From: Candidatus Latescibacterota bacterium
Lineage (GTDB): Bacteria; Latescibacterota; UBA2968; UBA8231
Direction of reading: 5' to 3'
DNA length: 64,000 nt
Assembly: GCA_965200315.1 (NCBI GenBank)
Contig: OZ241362.1
Span: 4,384,001-4,448,000 of the forward strand
Shown: piece after piece, positions 1-9,725 of the stretch
Position numbering within the stretch: the stretch's first letter is position 1
Layout of the letters: the number at the start of each line of letters is the position of its first letter
The notes under the pieces: generated by a model
What the model saw: the letters and a program-made list of their open reading frames with translations, nothing else
Told to the model about the DNA's origin: nothing
Databases searched by the model: none
Program-made: the position numbers and the translations under genes

Positions 1-356
1 TGGAGCTGGTCGCGATGCCGTGCGGCCGTTTCGAAGACGACGGTGGAGCCCACGACGTTTACCTTGGCCCCGCGCACTGGATCGGCCCGAACGAGGGGCA
101 CCTGCATGGCTGCTAGGTGCAGGATATGAGTAATACCGCAGTCGATCACGACTCGCTCGAACTGGTCTAGGTCTGCGATGTCGCCCTCGAGCAGTCGCAC
201 CCGATCCAGCTCTTCGTCCGTCATGATCGTCCTCAGCCGGTAGGGATCGCCGCCTAGGTCGTAGGTCCACACCGGCACTCCTTCGCGGGCCAGCCGACGA
301 ACCGCCCATGCACCCACGCAGCCGAGCGCCCCTGTCACCAAATACCGCTCATTCAT
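1..356 (-). CDS. NAD-dependent epimerase/dehydratase (extended SDR), runs off the window start
   Basis: Manual translation MNERYLVTGALGCVGAW...LLEGDI...ILHLAA...VNVVGS: Rossmann TGxxGxxG plus HLAA motif; absent from the ORF track. Confidence 0.85.
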   Translation of the reverse strand, partial: MNERYLVTGALGCVGAWAVRRLAREGVPVWTYDLGGDPYRLRTIMTDEELDRVRLLEGDIADLDQFERVVIDCGITHILHLAAMQVPLVRADPVRGAKVNVVGSTVVFETAARHRDQL

Positions 357-532
357 ATATCGCCTTTATTAGGAAAAATAAACCCGATTTTTTATCGCCC
401 TGCAGATAACATATTGCGTTTCACCTAGTGGTCAATCCACGCCTGGCTAAATGAGTAGAAGAGCGAGTACAAGGCAGGGCGCAAGGTGGATGCCTTCTTG
501 GGCAGCACATCACCGGGATGGTATGCGGACCG

Positions 533-1864
533 CTACTGGCTCAGCCGGTCGAGGACATTGCGGGTAATTTGGGCGACGGTCGCATCTCCTTTAAGCCCGT
601 GCGACCAATCGGTGGTCCCGGTTGTGAACACGGTGCCGCCGCGCGTATAGAGGCCCATGACGGCCGCGCCCTCCCGGCCCTTTTCCCAGCGCTCGTACCA
701 AACGCTGTCGTCTGGGTGCCATCGCGCCGGGGAGGTACACAAAATGGTGAAGTCCGCTGGGGTGCCGTAGGTCCCCTTGGGCACTGGCAGCCCGTTTTCC
801 AACACGAACTCGCAGCCGTCGCACTCGTAGCCGACGATAGTGTGCTTGCCGCCGAAGGTGTCGCCGCGCTGCAAGCCTGTCTCCGCAAAAACCCAGTGTT
901 CCGGGCGATGGACTGTAAACGCCCCGGACCCGTCCATGTATTGCCCGTGGCTTAGGTGATAGCCTCCGTAGAGGAAGCCGACGCCGGTCAGTTCGTTTTC
1001 TGGTCGGCCCACGAGGTGGTGGCTCCACAAGGTCGAAAGGTTCGCGTAGTCTCCGGCGGCGTAGGCTGGGTCCATGTTGAACTGCTGCTTCCAGCACACC
1101 AGCGCCCGGCCCGCGTCCTCGCTGCGCACCCGCCAGCACACGGAATTACCGCTGAAAAACGCGGCGTTGCCCCCGGCGGCGATGTAGGCTTCGAGATGGT
1201 CGCGCATGGGAGCCGACCAGTATTCATCGTGCCCCACGCTGAGCACGAGCCGGTAGTTGTCCAACAGTTCGGGGTGCCTTTCGAGGTCGGAATTGGCGCA
1301 GTAGGAGAGCGCGTATCCAGCGCCCTCTGCCCACTCGACAAAGTCGCGCTCCCAGCGGTCGAACAGCCCGGCCAGCGGACGGTCGAAGGAGACGCGATGG
1401 CCCTGCAAGCCGCCGCGGCCGTGATAGCTGTAGAAGCTGTAGCCGCCCCAGTTGTTGTAGGCACTGTAGGTATTAGTGGCTAGCTGGAGGAGGATGCGAG
1501 CGTCCGTGGGACCAGCCGGGCGGACGATGAAAAAGCCCCGGCTCTCGGCAGTGCGCTGCCCCCGCCGCACGAACTTGCCGCCTTGATCCCCGACGCGCAG
1601 CGCGAATTCGTAGTACCCGCTGCGCCAGTCGCCCGGTACTTCCAGCTCGCAGGAAACCGGCCAGTCGCAGCCATTGGACGAAGCGTCTTCTGGCACTGGA
1701 TGGGACGACCCAGGCAGTTGGTCCTGACGCCATACGACTTCGCGCTCGGCACCGATTCGCGCCACTTCCAACGCGTACTCGCCCGCGCTGGTGGCCACGT
1801 GAAAGCGCACCTGTTCGCCGGCTTGGTAGCTGAGTTGGTCGGTGTAGCCTTCGACGAACATCAT
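533..1864 (-). CDS. N,N-dimethylformamidase beta-subunit family / DUF6605-like protein
   Basis: Motifs TYSAYNNWGG, LSVGHDEYWS, FFSGN, GYECD, GGTVF; start overlaps proS stop (ATGA). Confidence 0.8.
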   Translation of the reverse strand: MMFVEGYTDQLSYQAGEQVRFHVATSAGEYALEVARIGAEREVVWRQDQLPGSSHPVPEDASSNGCDWPVSCELEVPGDWRSGYYEFALRVGDQGGKFVRRGQRTAESRGFFIVRPAGPTDARILLQLATNTYSAYNNWGGYSFYSYHGRGGLQGHRVSFDRPLAGLFDRWERDFVEWAEGAGYALSYCANSDLERHPELLDNYRLVLSVGHDEYWSAPMRDHLEAYIAAGGNAAFFSGNSVCWRVRSEDAGRALVCWKQQFNMDPAYAAGDYANLSTLWSHHLVGRPENELTGVGFLYGGYHLSHGQYMDGSGAFTVHRPEHWVFAETGLQRGDTFGGKHTIVGYECDGCEFVLENGLPVPKGTYGTPADFTILCTSPARWHPDDSVWYERWEKGREGAAVMGLYTRGGTVFTTGTTDWSHGLKGDATVAQITRNVLDRLSQ

Positions 1865-3630
1865 CCTTGGTACTCTACTTCCACCACCCGCTCGTTTAGC
1901 TCGCGTTGCAATTTTTCCATTTGTTCCACCACGTACTCTACGGCCTGTTCGACCGGGATGTCCTGCCGCTCTTTTTCGCGCCGCAGCTTGATCTCGACAA
2001 TCCCCCGCTGCAAACCGCGATCCCCCACCGTCACCCGCACCGGGAGCCCTATCAGGTCGGCGTCGTTGAACTTGACGCCTGGGTTTTCGCGGCGGTCGTC
2101 GAGAAGCACTTCAATGCCGCGCTCTGTGAGGTTGGAGTAGAGCTGCTCGCCCGCATCTTGCGCTGCGCCTGCGCCTTTGGCGAGGAGGACGATGTGGACC
2201 TGGTAGGGCGCAACGGCAATGGGCCACACCAAGCCGTCTTCGTCGTGGTACTCCTCGGCGATACAGGCCAGCAGCCGCCCCACGCCGATCCCGTAAGACC
2301 CCATGACGACTGGCTGCGCCTTGCCCTCGGCGTCGAGAAAGTCTCCACCTAGGGCCTCGGTGAATTTGGTACCGAGTTGGAAGATGTTACCCACTTCCAC
2401 TCCGCGCGATTCGCCCAGTGCCGCACCGCAGTTGGGGCAGCTATCGCCTTGCCGGGCCGAGGCGATATCGGCGACCACGTTGGCCGTGTAGTCGCGACCG
2501 TAGTTTACATTGGCGAGGTGGTAGCCCGGCTCGTTGGCACCGGCTACTAGATTAGGCGCGGACGCCACCGAGTCATCGACGACGACCAGCGCTCCAGCGA
2601 CGCCGATGGGCGAGCCATAGCCCGGCTCCGCGCCGACGGCGCGTATTTCCTCGGCCCGCGCTGGCCACATTTCGAGCGCGCCGACCGCGTTGGCCAGCTT
2701 GGTCTCGTTGACTTCGAGGTCGCCGCGTATGACTGCCAGTACAAACGCGTCTTTCTTATCTCGACCGTCGCCGACGGTGGCCATCATAAAGAGTGCCTTG
2801 GCGGTCTTGTGCGCCGGGATGCTGAGCAGCGCGGTCAGTTCCTCAATGGTCGTGGTATTGGGCGTGGCGATTTTCTCGGGCGCGGCGGGCTCTTCTGCCG
2901 GGTTGGCCTGTTTGGCGAAGGTGGCGATTTGGCGGTTGGCCGCGTACCCGCAGCCATCGCACAAGAGCAGGGTGTCTTCGCCGATCGGCGTCAGGTACAT
3001 GTATTCGTGGGCCAGCTCGCCGCCCATCATCCCGGTATCTGAGCGCACCGCAAGGACGTCGAGGCCGCAGCGATGGAAGATGTTGAAATAGTGCTGATAA
3101 TGGGCGCGGTATTGCTTTTTGAGGCCGGCCCAGTCGGCATCGAGGCTGTAGGAGTCCTTCATGGTGAACTCGCGCACTCGGATGAGACCCGAGCGGGGGC
3201 GGGGGTCGTCGCGCCACTTGGTCTGGATATGATAGACTAACTGGGGCAGTTGCTTGTAGGATTTGATCTCGCGGCTGACTAGGTCGGCGACGACTTCCTC
3301 ATGGGTCATGGCCAGCACCATGTCGCGCTTGTTTTTGTCTTGGAAGCGACCCATCTCCGTGCCGACTGCGTACCAACGCCCCGTCTGCTGCCAAAGTTCG
3401 GCCGGATGCACCACCGGCATGGTGATCTCCTGCCCGCCGATAGCATCTATCTCGTGGCGGATAATGTCCTCGATCTTGTGCATCGACCGCTGGGCCAAGG
3501 GCAAATAGCTGAAGATGCCGCTGGCCAGCGGGCGGATAAACCCGGCCCGCAACAAGAGCTGGTGGCTGGCGACCTCCACGTCGGCGGTGACGTTGCGCAA
3601 GGTCTGGCTGAAAAGCCGACTCATTCGCAT
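1861..3630 (-). CDS. proS: Prolyl-tRNA synthetase (bacterial type with editing insertion domain)
   Basis: SHQLLLRAGFI, THEE, WRDDPRPRSGLIRVREFTMKDSYS, EVGNIFQLGTK, MGSYGIG, GVKFNDADLIG. Confidence 0.97.
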   Translation of the reverse strand: MRMSRLFSQTLRNVTADVEVASHQLLLRAGFIRPLASGIFSYLPLAQRSMHKIEDIIRHEIDAIGGQEITMPVVHPAELWQQTGRWYAVGTEMGRFQDKNKRDMVLAMTHEEVVADLVSREIKSYKQLPQLVYHIQTKWRDDPRPRSGLIRVREFTMKDSYSLDADWAGLKKQYRAHYQHYFNIFHRCGLDVLAVRSDTGMMGGELAHEYMYLTPIGEDTLLLCDGCGYAANRQIATFAKQANPAEEPAAPEKIATPNTTTIEELTALLSIPAHKTAKALFMMATVGDGRDKKDAFVLAVIRGDLEVNETKLANAVGALEMWPARAEEIRAVGAEPGYGSPIGVAGALVVVDDSVASAPNLVAGANEPGYHLANVNYGRDYTANVVADIASARQGDSCPNCGAALGESRGVEVGNIFQLGTKFTEALGGDFLDAEGKAQPVVMGSYGIGVGRLLACIAEEYHDEDGLVWPIAVAPYQVHIVLLAKGAGAAQDAGEQLYSNLTERGIEVLLDDRRENPGVKFNDADLIGLPVRVTVGDRGLQRGIVEIKLRREKERQDIPVEQAVEYVVEQMEKLQRELNERVVEVEYQG

Positions 3631-3726
3631 GTTGGGCTCCCTTTCTCGTTGGTTTCGTTCCGATACGTCGGTGCATTCTTCATAAAATAACGCAGCATAC
3701 TATAAAAACCCACCAACCTCCTGAGG

Positions 3727-3893
3727 AATGTTCTGGGCTACAGGAGCCGCACCGCACCGGGTGTGCTTTGTGAGTCTGTCAGGATAGAGCCAGATGACTC
3801 CCGAGCAGCAGATGGTCCGGTTGCTGTGGTTTCATCGTAGTGGGTTGCTCCTTCTCCTTGGCGAGGGCGTCCCGCCCTCGATCCCAGATGTTG
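3727..3893 (+). ncRNA. Candidate structured non-coding RNA (long rod-like fold; 6S-like size)
   Basis: Nested complementary segments CTGGG/CCCAG, CTAC/GTAG, GGAGCCGCA/TGTGGTTTC (G-U pairs on + strand), CCGG/CCGG, TGCT/AGCA, GAGTC/GACTC, side hairpin GAGGGCG/CGCCCTC; TACTAT -10-like box near 3698-3703. Confidence 0.4.
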
Positions 3894-3932
3894 ATTAGTA
3901 CTGGTAGGCACCCTTGATATTTAGCTGTCGCG

Positions 3933-4640
3933 TCACGCCTTTTTTTCTCGGGCCATTGAGCGCATCGCCCGATACATGCAGGACAGCGACACTAGCACCC
4001 AGATGAAGGCAATCAGATACGCCAGATAGGGCACCTGCAATGGATCCAGCCCCCAATAGGCCGACAATATCCCAGCGTCTGTCCGCTCTGGATAGGACCA
4101 TAGGTCGGTGCGGAAGTCGTAGAGACTGTATAGGCAGAGCATCACCCCCATCCACACCGCGCCGATGCTTGCCAGCCGCCGCGACTTGCAGGCCATGATG
4201 CACAAGACCAACCCGCCGCCGATCCCCAACACAAAATCAACACTCCCCTCTTCCAGCGGCGTGTAGAACAGGGTCATCCCCGCGCAGGCCGCGCCAATGC
4301 ACAGCAATACCAAACGCTGCGCCTGCGGATAAAGCGAGGTGTACATCAGCAACGCCCCCCACAGCGCCGACCCCACGTAGCCTGCCGCGCTAATCAATGG
4401 GAAGAAGCCCCCTTTGGTCAGGGTGTGCCCGGACTCGTTCCAATGGGTGCGGATTTCGAGGACCTCGCCGCCGGTGATCAGGGCCGCGGCCGCGTGATTG
4501 ACCTCGTGGACTAGCACTACGAAGAAGCGGAACGGCTTGATCAACGCGGTGTCCCAAAAGGCGAGTGCCAGCCCTGTGCAAAGGAGATAGTAGCGGAATT
4601 GCCAGAAGACCCCGGCGATGTAGCGGATGCGGCGGGACAT
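3933..4640 (-). CDS. M50B-like membrane metallopeptidase
   Basis: HEVNH zinc motif, ISAAGYVG, TDAG motif, multiple TM segments. Confidence 0.85.
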   Translation of the reverse strand: MSRRIRYIAGVFWQFRYYLLCTGLALAFWDTALIKPFRFFVVLVHEVNHAAAALITGGEVLEIRTHWNESGHTLTKGGFFPLISAAGYVGSALWGALLMYTSLYPQAQRLVLLCIGAACAGMTLFYTPLEEGSVDFVLGIGGGLVLCIMACKSRRLASIGAVWMGVMLCLYSLYDFRTDLWSYPERTDAGILSAYWGLDPLQVPYLAYLIAFIWVLVSLSCMYRAMRSMAREKKA

Positions 4641-4645
4641 GGCCG

Positions 4646-6559
4646 CTAGTCCCTGATCTCAGCGCTGATTAGCTCGACGGCCTCGGCTAGCGGGAGCGGG
4701 TCGAGCTGTTCGCCGGATCGCTGGCGGATCGCCACCCTGCCCTCTTCGACCTCGCGGTCTCCGACGATCAGCATATAGGGCACCTTCTGAGTCTGTGCTT
4801 GGCGGATGCGCTTGTTGAGGGTCTCGCTGGCCGCGTCGAGTTCGGCCCGGATTCCGGCGGCTAGAAGCTGCTGGTGAAGCTGGCTCCCGTACTCGGCGTG
4901 GCGCTCGGCAATGGGCAAGACGACCGCTTGCACGGGAGACAACCACACTGGGAAGGCCCCGGCGTAGTGTTCGATTAAGAAGCCGATAAAGCGCTCGTGC
5001 GTGCCCAGCGGCGCACGGTGGATGCAGATAGGCGTCTCCTCTTCGCCCGCCGCGTTGGTGTACGTCAAGCCGAAGCGGCCGGGCACGGCAAAATCGACTT
5101 GGTTGGTGGCGATTGTAAACTGCCGCCCGATGGCGCTCCAAACCTCGACGTCGATCTTGGGCCCGTAGAAGGCGGCCTCGTCGGGCACCTCCTCGTAGTT
5201 GATCCCGCCCCGCGCCATGGCGTCGCGCACCATGTCCTCGGTGCGGACCCACCGCTCGGGATCGTCGACGTACTTTGCCCCCAAGCCCGAGGGCGCGTGG
5301 GTGCTCAAGCGCATCAGGTAATTCTCCAAGCCGAACAGCTCAAAATAGCGCAGATACATCTGGCAGACGGCGAGGAATTCCTCCTCGAACTGGTCGAGTG
5401 TGCAGTAGATGTGCGCGTCGTTCATCTGCAACGAGCGCACCCGCATCAAGCCAAACAACTCGCCCGATTGCTCGTAGCGATAGCAAGTGCCATACTCGGC
5501 CAAGCGCAGGGGCAGGTCGCGGTACGAGCGCGGGGCCGCGGCGAAAATTTTGTGGTGGTGGGGGCAGTTCATGGGCTTTAGGTAGTACTTGACCCCCTCC
5601 AACTCCATGGGCGGGAACATGGACTCGGCGTAGTACGGCAAGTGGCCGCTGCGCAGATATATGGACTCCTTGCAGATGTGCGGTGTGCGCACGCGCCGAT
5701 AGCCAGCCTCGCGCTCGGTCTTGCGGGCCAAGTCCTCCAGCTCGTCGATGAGCACCGCTCCCTTGGGCAGCCATAGCGGCAACCCCGGCCCCACTTCGTC
5801 GTCAAAGGTGAACAACTCCAGTTGCTTGCCGAGGGTGCGGTGGTCGCGCTTTTTGGCCTCTGCGAGCATCGCCAGATGGTGGTCGAGCCCCTCGCGGGTG
5901 GCAAAGGCCGTGCCGTAGATCCGCTGCAACATTTTGCGCCTCTCGTCGCCGCGCCAATAGGCCCCAGCCACGCTCAGGAGCTTGAAGTGCCTGATTTGCC
6001 CGGTGCCGAGCATGTGGGGCCCCCGGCACAAGTCGATGAACTCGCCGTCCTTGTAAAAGGACAAGGGCTGGCCTTCTTCCAAGTCGGCGAGGATCTCCTG
6101 TTTGTAGGGAGCGTTGGCGACCAGCTCTTCCGCTTCTTGGTGCGCAACATCGATCCGCTCGAACTTGTGGTTTTGCTTGACGACCCGCTTCATCTCGCGC
6201 TCGATCTTTTGCAAGTCTGCGGGCGCAAAAGGCTCGGCCACGTCGAAGTCGTAGTAGAAGCCGTCGTCAATGGCCGGGCCGATGGCCAGTTGCGCGTCCG
6301 GGAAGAGGCGCAGCACGGCCTGCGCCAACACGTGCGACATGCTGTGGCGGTAGATCCAAGCCGCCTCGTCCGCATCCCAGGGAATGAGCTCGACTTCCGC
6401 TTCGCTGCCGAGCCGGGTGTGGAAGTCGATGCGCTCGTCGCCGACGCGAGCGGCAATGTATTGCTTTAACAGCTCTTTGTTTTCTTGGGCGAGGATCTCC
6501 TTGAGCGTACCCTCGCCGGGGTATTCGATGGCCTGTCCTTGGGGGACGTTAATCAGCAT
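4646..6559 (-). CDS. thrS: Threonyl-tRNA synthetase
   Basis: RHSMSHVLAQAV, DLCRGPH, RDHRTLG, KPMNCP, GLMRVR, AFYGPKID, IHRAPLG. Confidence 0.98.
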   Translation of the reverse strand: MLINVPQGQAIEYPGEGTLKEILAQENKELLKQYIAARVGDERIDFHTRLGSEAEVELIPWDADEAAWIYRHSMSHVLAQAVLRLFPDAQLAIGPAIDDGFYYDFDVAEPFAPADLQKIEREMKRVVKQNHKFERIDVAHQEAEELVANAPYKQEILADLEEGQPLSFYKDGEFIDLCRGPHMLGTGQIRHFKLLSVAGAYWRGDERRKMLQRIYGTAFATREGLDHHLAMLAEAKKRDHRTLGKQLELFTFDDEVGPGLPLWLPKGAVLIDELEDLARKTEREAGYRRVRTPHICKESIYLRSGHLPYYAESMFPPMELEGVKYYLKPMNCPHHHKIFAAAPRSYRDLPLRLAEYGTCYRYEQSGELFGLMRVRSLQMNDAHIYCTLDQFEEEFLAVCQMYLRYFELFGLENYLMRLSTHAPSGLGAKYVDDPERWVRTEDMVRDAMARGGINYEEVPDEAAFYGPKIDVEVWSAIGRQFTIATNQVDFAVPGRFGLTYTNAAGEEETPICIHRAPLGTHERFIGFLIEHYAGAFPVWLSPVQAVVLPIAERHAEYGSQLHQQLLAAGIRAELDAASETLNKRIRQAQTQKVPYMLIVGDREVEEGRVAIRQRSGEQLDPLPLAEAVELISAEIRD

Positions 6560-6577
6560 GACGCGCTCCTTGGCATG

Positions 6578-6610
6578 AAAAAACCCGCTGTCATCGTGGC
6601 CGACAGCGGG
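6578..6610 (-). terminator. Intrinsic terminator in the thrS leader (attenuator)
   Basis: Minus strand CCCGCTGTC-GGCCACGAT-GACAGCGGG-TTTTTT, ending 18 nt before the thrS ATG. Confidence 0.85.
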
Positions 6611-6641
6611 GAGAGGTTGGAAAATAAACTTTAGTCCGTCG

Positions 6642-6740
6642 CTATCCGGTGGATATAGTAGTGGTAGAGGTAGCCGTCGGCTCCGACGGGAGACCGCTGA
6701 TGGACGGTGTGGACGCGACTGTAAGCAGAGCAGAAATCAT
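6642..6740 (-). CDS. Thr-rich leader peptide (32 aa) of thrS attenuator
   Basis: MISALLTVASTPSISGLPSEPTATSTTTISTG*; 8 Thr, 6 within codons 22-31; directly upstream of the terminator. Confidence 0.8.
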   Translation of the reverse strand: MISALLTVASTPSISGLPSEPTATSTTTISTG

Positions 6741-6747
6741 GGCGTAT

Positions 6748-6777
6748 AAAATACCGGCCAAGCGCCAATGGTGTCAA
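6748..6777 (-). promoter_or_regulatory. sigma70-like promoter for the thrS leader
   Basis: TTGACA-N18-TATTTT, 7 nt before the leader ATG (leaderless start). Confidence 0.65.
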
Positions 6778-7014
6778 GCATCCGGCGGTCGTTGTTGCGA
6801 CTGAACATCCGCCGCCCTGTGAGTGCCCGTCGGAGACTGCTTGGCCGCGCAGCGGGTTGTAGGCCGCTTCTGTGGCTTGGGGAGTCTCATGGTGGTGCCT
6901 CAGAAAGTTCTTTCATCCATAGGTCCCTTTGAGGCGGAACCCCTTCGTTGCGCCAGCATCCGCCGCTCGCCCTTGGGCTACAAACGATTGGCCTAGGTCG
7001 CCCTAGCGTCAAAC

Positions 7015-8502
7015 TCAGGCCAGTTCGTAGTGGGCGCGGTCGGGCAGGGGCACCGGCGGGCTGTCCTCGGTGCTGATGCTCCAGTCGGCTAGCCGCAGGC
7101 GCATGGCGTCGCGGGCGTCGCGGTGTTGCTCCTCGTCGATCACGTTGACCAGCTCGTTTGGATCGGCGACGAGATCGTAGAGTTCGTCGCGGTCTCCCAT
7201 GGGATCGTGGACGTACTTCCATTCGCGGGTGCGGACCATCTTGCAGCGGCCGGCCGCCTCGCGCCACTGCAAGGTGTCGATCAGGGTTTTGCGGCCCCAA
7301 GGTTGAGGCAGTTTTTCCAAGTCGGCCATGGTAAAAAGCGGCCCTCCGCTGCCGTATTCGGAAAAGGTCGCGTCCCGGGGTGCAGCGTCGGTCGCGGTGG
7401 GCAGCGGCGTTCCGTGCATTGAGCGCGGCTGCGCCAGCCCCTGCAAGTGCAACAGCGTCGGCACCACGTCGATCAGGTTGGCCATGCTCTGGTCGCGCAC
7501 ACCAGCGGCGACCTGCCCGGGCCAAGAGACAATGAGCGGCACTCGCGTCAGGCTGTCGTAGAAGACCCCGCCCTTGCACTGCATGGCGTGTTCGCCCATG
7601 AAGTCGCCGTGATCCGAACAAAAGACCACGATCGTCTGCTCCCGCAGCCCCAGTTCGTCGAGCTTGTCGAGGATTTGGCCGAGCGCGTCGTCGATAAAGC
7701 GCACCATGCCAAAGTACGAGGCCATGACTCCGTAGAGGTCTTCGAGCGGGTCGCGGCGTACTCCCAGCATTTGGTAGAGCACCCGGTTGCGCTCGGGGTT
7801 GCGCTCGTCGTCGAATTCGTCGTCGCGCCAAGGGGGCAGGTCAATGGCCGCGGGTGGAAACAGGGCCGCGTACTCGGCCGGGCACAGCCACGGCTCGTGC
7901 GGGTCGGGGAAGGAAACCCACAAGGCAAAGGGCTGGTCTTGGTGCTTTTCGATAAAGCGCGTCGTCTGCCCGGCGATCAGGCCGGTGGAGTGGTCCTCCA
8001 ACGGCAGCTCGGAGGTGCCGTAGCTAAAGCGGGGGTTCTGGTGAGCGAGCTGGCGATGCGCAGCGGCGACCTTGCGGCGACCTTCTTCCGGCCGGAACCA
8101 GTCCATGCCCCGCGTCTGTGGCCCCTCGTTGCGCCCGCCGTGGGTAAAGGCATTCCACACGTCGAAGAGCGCCAAATCTTCCTCCCGCTGGAAGCAGTGG
8201 TTTTTGCCGATCAGGCCCGTGGCGTAGCCAGCCTCCTTCCAGAGCTGCCAAGCGTGCGTGGCGCCGGCCGGCATCAAGGTCTGGTTGCGCCGGCCGCCGT
8301 GCGAGTGGGGAAACTGCGAGGTCCAAAACGAGATGCGCGCCGGCGCACAGAGCGGGTGCGGGGTGATTGCGTTCTCAAAGAGCACACCGGCGGCGAGGCG
8401 TTCCATGGATGGGGTTTGGCAGAAGGTGTTGCCGTAGAGGTGGCTGGCCGTAGCGCGCTGCTGGTCGGTCATTATGACGAGGATGTTGGGGCGGTCGGCC
8501 AT
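7015..8502 (-). CDS. Sulfatase (choline-sulfatase/arylsulfatase-like, Cys-type)
   Basis: PNILVIMTDQ, CAPAR (CxPxR), GKNH, DPHEP, SDHGD, ELYDLVADPNE. Confidence 0.92.
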   Translation of the reverse strand: MADRPNILVIMTDQQRATASHLYGNTFCQTPSMERLAAGVLFENAITPHPLCAPARISFWTSQFPHSHGGRRNQTLMPAGATHAWQLWKEAGYATGLIGKNHCFQREEDLALFDVWNAFTHGGRNEGPQTRGMDWFRPEEGRRKVAAAHRQLAHQNPRFSYGTSELPLEDHSTGLIAGQTTRFIEKHQDQPFALWVSFPDPHEPWLCPAEYAALFPPAAIDLPPWRDDEFDDERNPERNRVLYQMLGVRRDPLEDLYGVMASYFGMVRFIDDALGQILDKLDELGLREQTIVVFCSDHGDFMGEHAMQCKGGVFYDSLTRVPLIVSWPGQVAAGVRDQSMANLIDVVPTLLHLQGLAQPRSMHGTPLPTATDAAPRDATFSEYGSGGPLFTMADLEKLPQPWGRKTLIDTLQWREAAGRCKMVRTREWKYVHDPMGDRDELYDLVADPNELVNVIDEEQHRDARDAMRLRLADWSISTEDSPPVPLPDRAHYELA

Positions 8503-8559
8503 GGTGGGTTCCTTTTAGCGAATAATCTCGTACTTGTACACCGATTTACTGCATCCAAT

Positions 8560-8813
8560 CTCGAAATACTATGGCCTTCCGGGTCGGTCCGCCGATAAGC
8601 GACATCCCACAGTGCCCGAATCATCGCCATGAAAGAAGTCTTACCGGTGCTGTTTTCGCCGCCGAGCAGCGTCAGCGGCGCGAGGCGGTCTGTTCTTTGC
8701 GGAAGCAATGGAATCATACCTCTCTTCAGCACCGGGACCCAATCGGCTCCGAACCGCATCGACCTTATTTTAGTTACGCCTAGGGGCTTTTCCCAGTCAA
8801 CAGCTTTGGACAC
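8560..8813 (-). pseudogene. N-terminal fragment of an AAA/OLD-like ATPase
   Basis: APLTLLGGENSTGKTSF Walker A with no remainder of the domain; boundaries approximate. Confidence 0.55.
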
Positions 8814-8816
8814 TCC

Positions 8817-9528
8817 CTACCGCTCCCACAATTCGCTCAGCGGCACGGCGAGCATGCGCTCGTCGGCCAACGGGAGCCGGTCGTGGCCGGTGTAGAGCAG
8901 CACCCCAAGCTCGAAATCCTCGCCGCAGCGAGCGGCCAGCCTCATAAGCCCTTGCCCGTCTTTAGAGGTGAGCGCACTGGCGGCTTTGACCTCAATACCC
9001 CAAGTCTTCTGGCCTCGCGTAAGGGCTACATCAACCTCCACCTGATCCTTGTCGCGATAGTGCCAAAAACGCAAATCCGGCTCTGTCGAGGTGGCTTGGG
9101 CTATGAGTTGCTGCACCCATGCGGTCCCTATGGTTGAGCCAATCGGTCGCAGTCAGGTCGGCGAGGGTTGCTGCCAGTCCGCTATCGAGCAGATGAACCT
9201 TCGGTGTTTTGACGAGCCGTTTGGCCGGATTGCGGTGCCACGCGGGCAGGCGGCGCACCAGAAAGAGCCGTTCGAGTACGGAGATGTAGTGATCTACTGT
9301 GGCCCGGTGCAGGCCGAGGGTGTTGGCCAGATTGCAAGTGTTCAATAGTTCGGCGCTGCGCCTGTGCTCGTCTAGGCTGACGAACGCCCGGTCAGGCGCG
9401 AGTTGCTGCGCGAGCGTCGTTTTTCCGCTTTGCCGTGGCCCAAGCAGACAGACCACTAGTGTGTCTGCCAAAGCCTCTCGGAGGACGGGTGTCAGCGAGC
9501 GAGGAAACAGAGAATGATCAGCGTCCAT
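8817..9528 (-). pseudogene. AAA_14/DUF4143 ATPase, internally deleted and frameshifted
   Basis: GPRQSGKTT joined directly to ...KRLVKTPKVHLLDSGL, then frame change to HYRDKDQVEVD...GIEVKA; far shorter than the usual ~400 aa. Confidence 0.8.
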
Positions 9529-9725
9529 TTGTCGATTAAGCGAGCGTCCAATTGTCTAGTGACAACCTAGGGAGCGAGGACGCGGAGATCAAGATGGGAA
9601 GCTGAAGTCGGCTAGATCGAACTATAATACTCCGTTGCGATTTTTCTATATTATCGAATGTCATCTATCAATGGGCAATCCCAATGGACGCACCAACCAC
9701 CGGGAATCGGGCCGGATAACGACCT

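Noticed and set aside
3790-3860. Minus-strand CGATGAAACCACAGCAACC resembling a SAM-I riboswitch, or a T-box for proS
   Set aside because: The P1 and kink-turn P2 elements and a T-box antiterminator motif are absent; G-U pairing favours the + strand
6887-7831. Long alternative-frame and antisense ORFs (this one, 7447-8598, 13935-15329 and others)
   Set aside because: Arg/Ala/Pro-rich shadow ORFs expected in high-GC coding DNA
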